A DNA stretch of 63,067 nt, filler included, from Reticulomyxa filosa (lineage: Eukaryota; Protista; Foraminifera), in NCBI GenBank assembly GCA_000512085.1. It is 20 parts of 20 records of this genome, joined end to end, with 100 filler letters (N's around TTAATTAATTAA, not from the genome) between each part and the next. Parts side by side here need not be neighbours in the genome. Positions count along the whole stretch, not along the records: positions 56,949 to 63,067 come from ASPP01004382.1; 19 more parts are not named here. The stretch is one strand, 5' to 3'. Shown piece after piece: positions 61,190 to 63,067 of the stretch; within the stretch, counting starts at the first letter, position 1; every line of letters begins with the position of its first letter. Below the pieces are notes generated by a model. The model ran no database searches and was not told the DNA's origin. It saw only the letters and a program-made list of their open reading frames with translations. The position numbers were made by a program, and so were the translations under genes.

Positions 61190-62060
61190 ATAACTTGATT
61201 ATACCAAAAGTTCATCCTAATTGCAGCACATGTGCTATTAATAACCAAAGATAATTCACTATGTATTTATGTCGATAAATCAAGCTATATTCTCGACAAA
61301 TGATCATTACCAAATATAAACGATTTATTGAAAAAATTTACTACCAAATTAGTGTTTTCGAAATTAAATTTACGATCTTGATACTTACATGTACCAATAA
61401 GTCACAAAACGGCTTTTATCACTACGAATAGGCTATATTAGTGGAACAAATGTGATTTGGATTCACAAACGCACCTGCCACGTTCCAACGTATAATGTCA
61501 CCTTTATTTGGAGATATATCAATATTTATTTGTATATAGACTATATTTGGTTGCAACTTATACATAATAGAAATACTTGTAAGATTATAAATATCTTCAG
61601 CAAATTCAATAAATATAATATAAGACTTACTATATATAAATGTGAATTCTTCTAAACGATTAGTCTTCTTGGTGCAAGTTATGTATCGTCAAATACAAAA
61701 TATCAATCAAGTGTTTAGCATACTGAAGCCAAAGACCAATTAGAATGTATGTCAATGAATCAGATTTATTCCAAATATAGCTTCACAAACGAATTAAATA
61801 ATTGATAAGAAAACAGTCAAAATTATATACAATACTATACATTCTAATAATTAAGATATGCAATAGTAAATACTCACTTGCTATGACACACAAAGCAAAA
61901 TGAATGCTTTATTGTACAACACTATGCTTCAAATGACGCGATTGTAGCCTAACTGCTGCAAAATCATGACTGTGTCTTGTTACATATAGTTCATTTCAAA
62001 ACAATTTAACACTAACCAATTAAATTGTCACAAATTAGAAAAAGATTTATACTGTAAATA
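61190..62060 (+). mobile_element. Ty3/Gypsy retrotransposon pol relic (RT + RNase H)
   Basis: LPNINDLL..FSKLNLRS*YLHVPI..KTAFITTNRLY*W, FGFTNAPATFQRIM, IRLTIYKCEFF, then RNase H-like FIVQHYASNDAIVA*LLQ and SKQF..QLNCHKLEKDL. Many stops and frameshifts; YxDD is lost. Confidence 0.88.
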
Positions 62061-63067
62061 TGTCAATCTTAGCAATTAAAAAATAAAAGTTCGAAGAAAA
62101 AAAATCGAAAAAGAAACAATTAATTTTCAGAAGCACAAAATAATTTTTTCTTTTAGTTTTTTTTAAAGTTTTTATTTTTTACAGTTCATTTTTTTATTTG
62201 TTTCGTGGTTTATCAAAACTGGTGAAGCTGAACATATGTTCATCTTCTTAACTTTAACTTTTGTCATTTTGTCATTCATTTTTATCAAATATAACCCAAG
62301 AATATTACTGCATTTAGTTATTAGTACATTACTAATTTACATATGAACTAAATTTCATGATAATATTATTTATTGTTTAGGTTTTTATAATTTTTGAACT
62401 TGTAAATTGTATTATTATAATTTGCGAGTTATTAATATTGTGTTGTTAGTTATTCAAGTCAATAATACGCTGAAAGAATCTAAATATAACATTTGCTTTA
62501 CTCAGAAAAGTGATCATTACTGTTAACAGTTGCCATAATAACTGTAGTTACAAAGATATTCTTAAAAAATTCAACATTCCAACTGTTAGATCATAAAATG
62601 AAAAAATTTATGTTAGACACAAACTGTCTTCTTGTCTTAAACTTGAAGAAGTTGTAAAATATATCAAATGTGTTGTTAGTGGCCATGCTAAAACTTGTTA
62701 TGATAGTTATAATAAATTCTTTAATTATCAACACAAAAGAAGTATTTTTCATGAAGTGGATATCATTAATATTTGAAATCAACAATCAAGTATAGTCAGT
62801 AATTATTTAATATAAGTACAACATTAAAAAGCAAATGATACGCATTCTCGCAGAATTTTCGAAAGTCATTTGAAATAATGTTGATTTCAGCCAACAAAAA
62901 AAAAAGTTTTAAAAAAATCAATGTCATATTTAAAAAACTCAAGACTTGTAGATTTTTTTTAGGCTGAATGTTGATTTTTCATTGAGAAAATCAATTATCA
63001 TCATAAGATATTGTTTTAGGCGTTCAGTTTTCTTTGCAACCTCTGTAATTGTTTGTCAAAGTGTTTT

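Noticed and set aside
1-63067. tRNA, rRNA, CRISPR arrays, prokaryotic operons
   Set aside because: None recognised by eye; the content is eukaryotic with spliceosomal introns.

Overview
This is not one locus. It is 20 short eukaryotic contigs joined by 19 identical artificial 100-nt spacers (44 N + TTAATTAATTAA + 44 N), so no linkage can be inferred across spacers. The DNA is very AT-rich, with short GT-AG introns, long homopolymers and many decayed gene copies. The WD40 family (…NVICSGSxDNTIRFWDIRSNKNE…IWG*) and the caspase-like family point to a rhizarian protist such as the foraminiferan Reticulomyxa filosa (inference, not verified). Recognisable genes: CDC45 5' end, a mitotic cyclin, DDX54/DBP10 3' end, two tandem secreted multicopper oxidases, the C-terminal ~1100 aa of an RNF213-like protein, a C2H2 zinc-finger protein, a glutaredoxin-domain protein, a FAD-monooxygenase C-terminus, a DH-PH RhoGEF-like protein, an EF-hand protein, a caspase-fold protein lacking the catalytic Cys, and WD40 genes. 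Relics: WD40, SecA-like helicase, SNF2/RAD16-like, CAP-Gly, two Tc1-like transposases and a Ty3/Gypsy RT-RNase H. Most notable observations: (1) many introns have U-runs near the donor and A-runs instead of a polypyrimidine tract at the acceptor, often with internal hairpins; (2) a ~190-nt non-coding element recurs on three unlinked WD40-bearing contigs; (3) two immunity-type enzymes appear to have lost their nucleophile (RNF213-like RZ finger, caspase fold).
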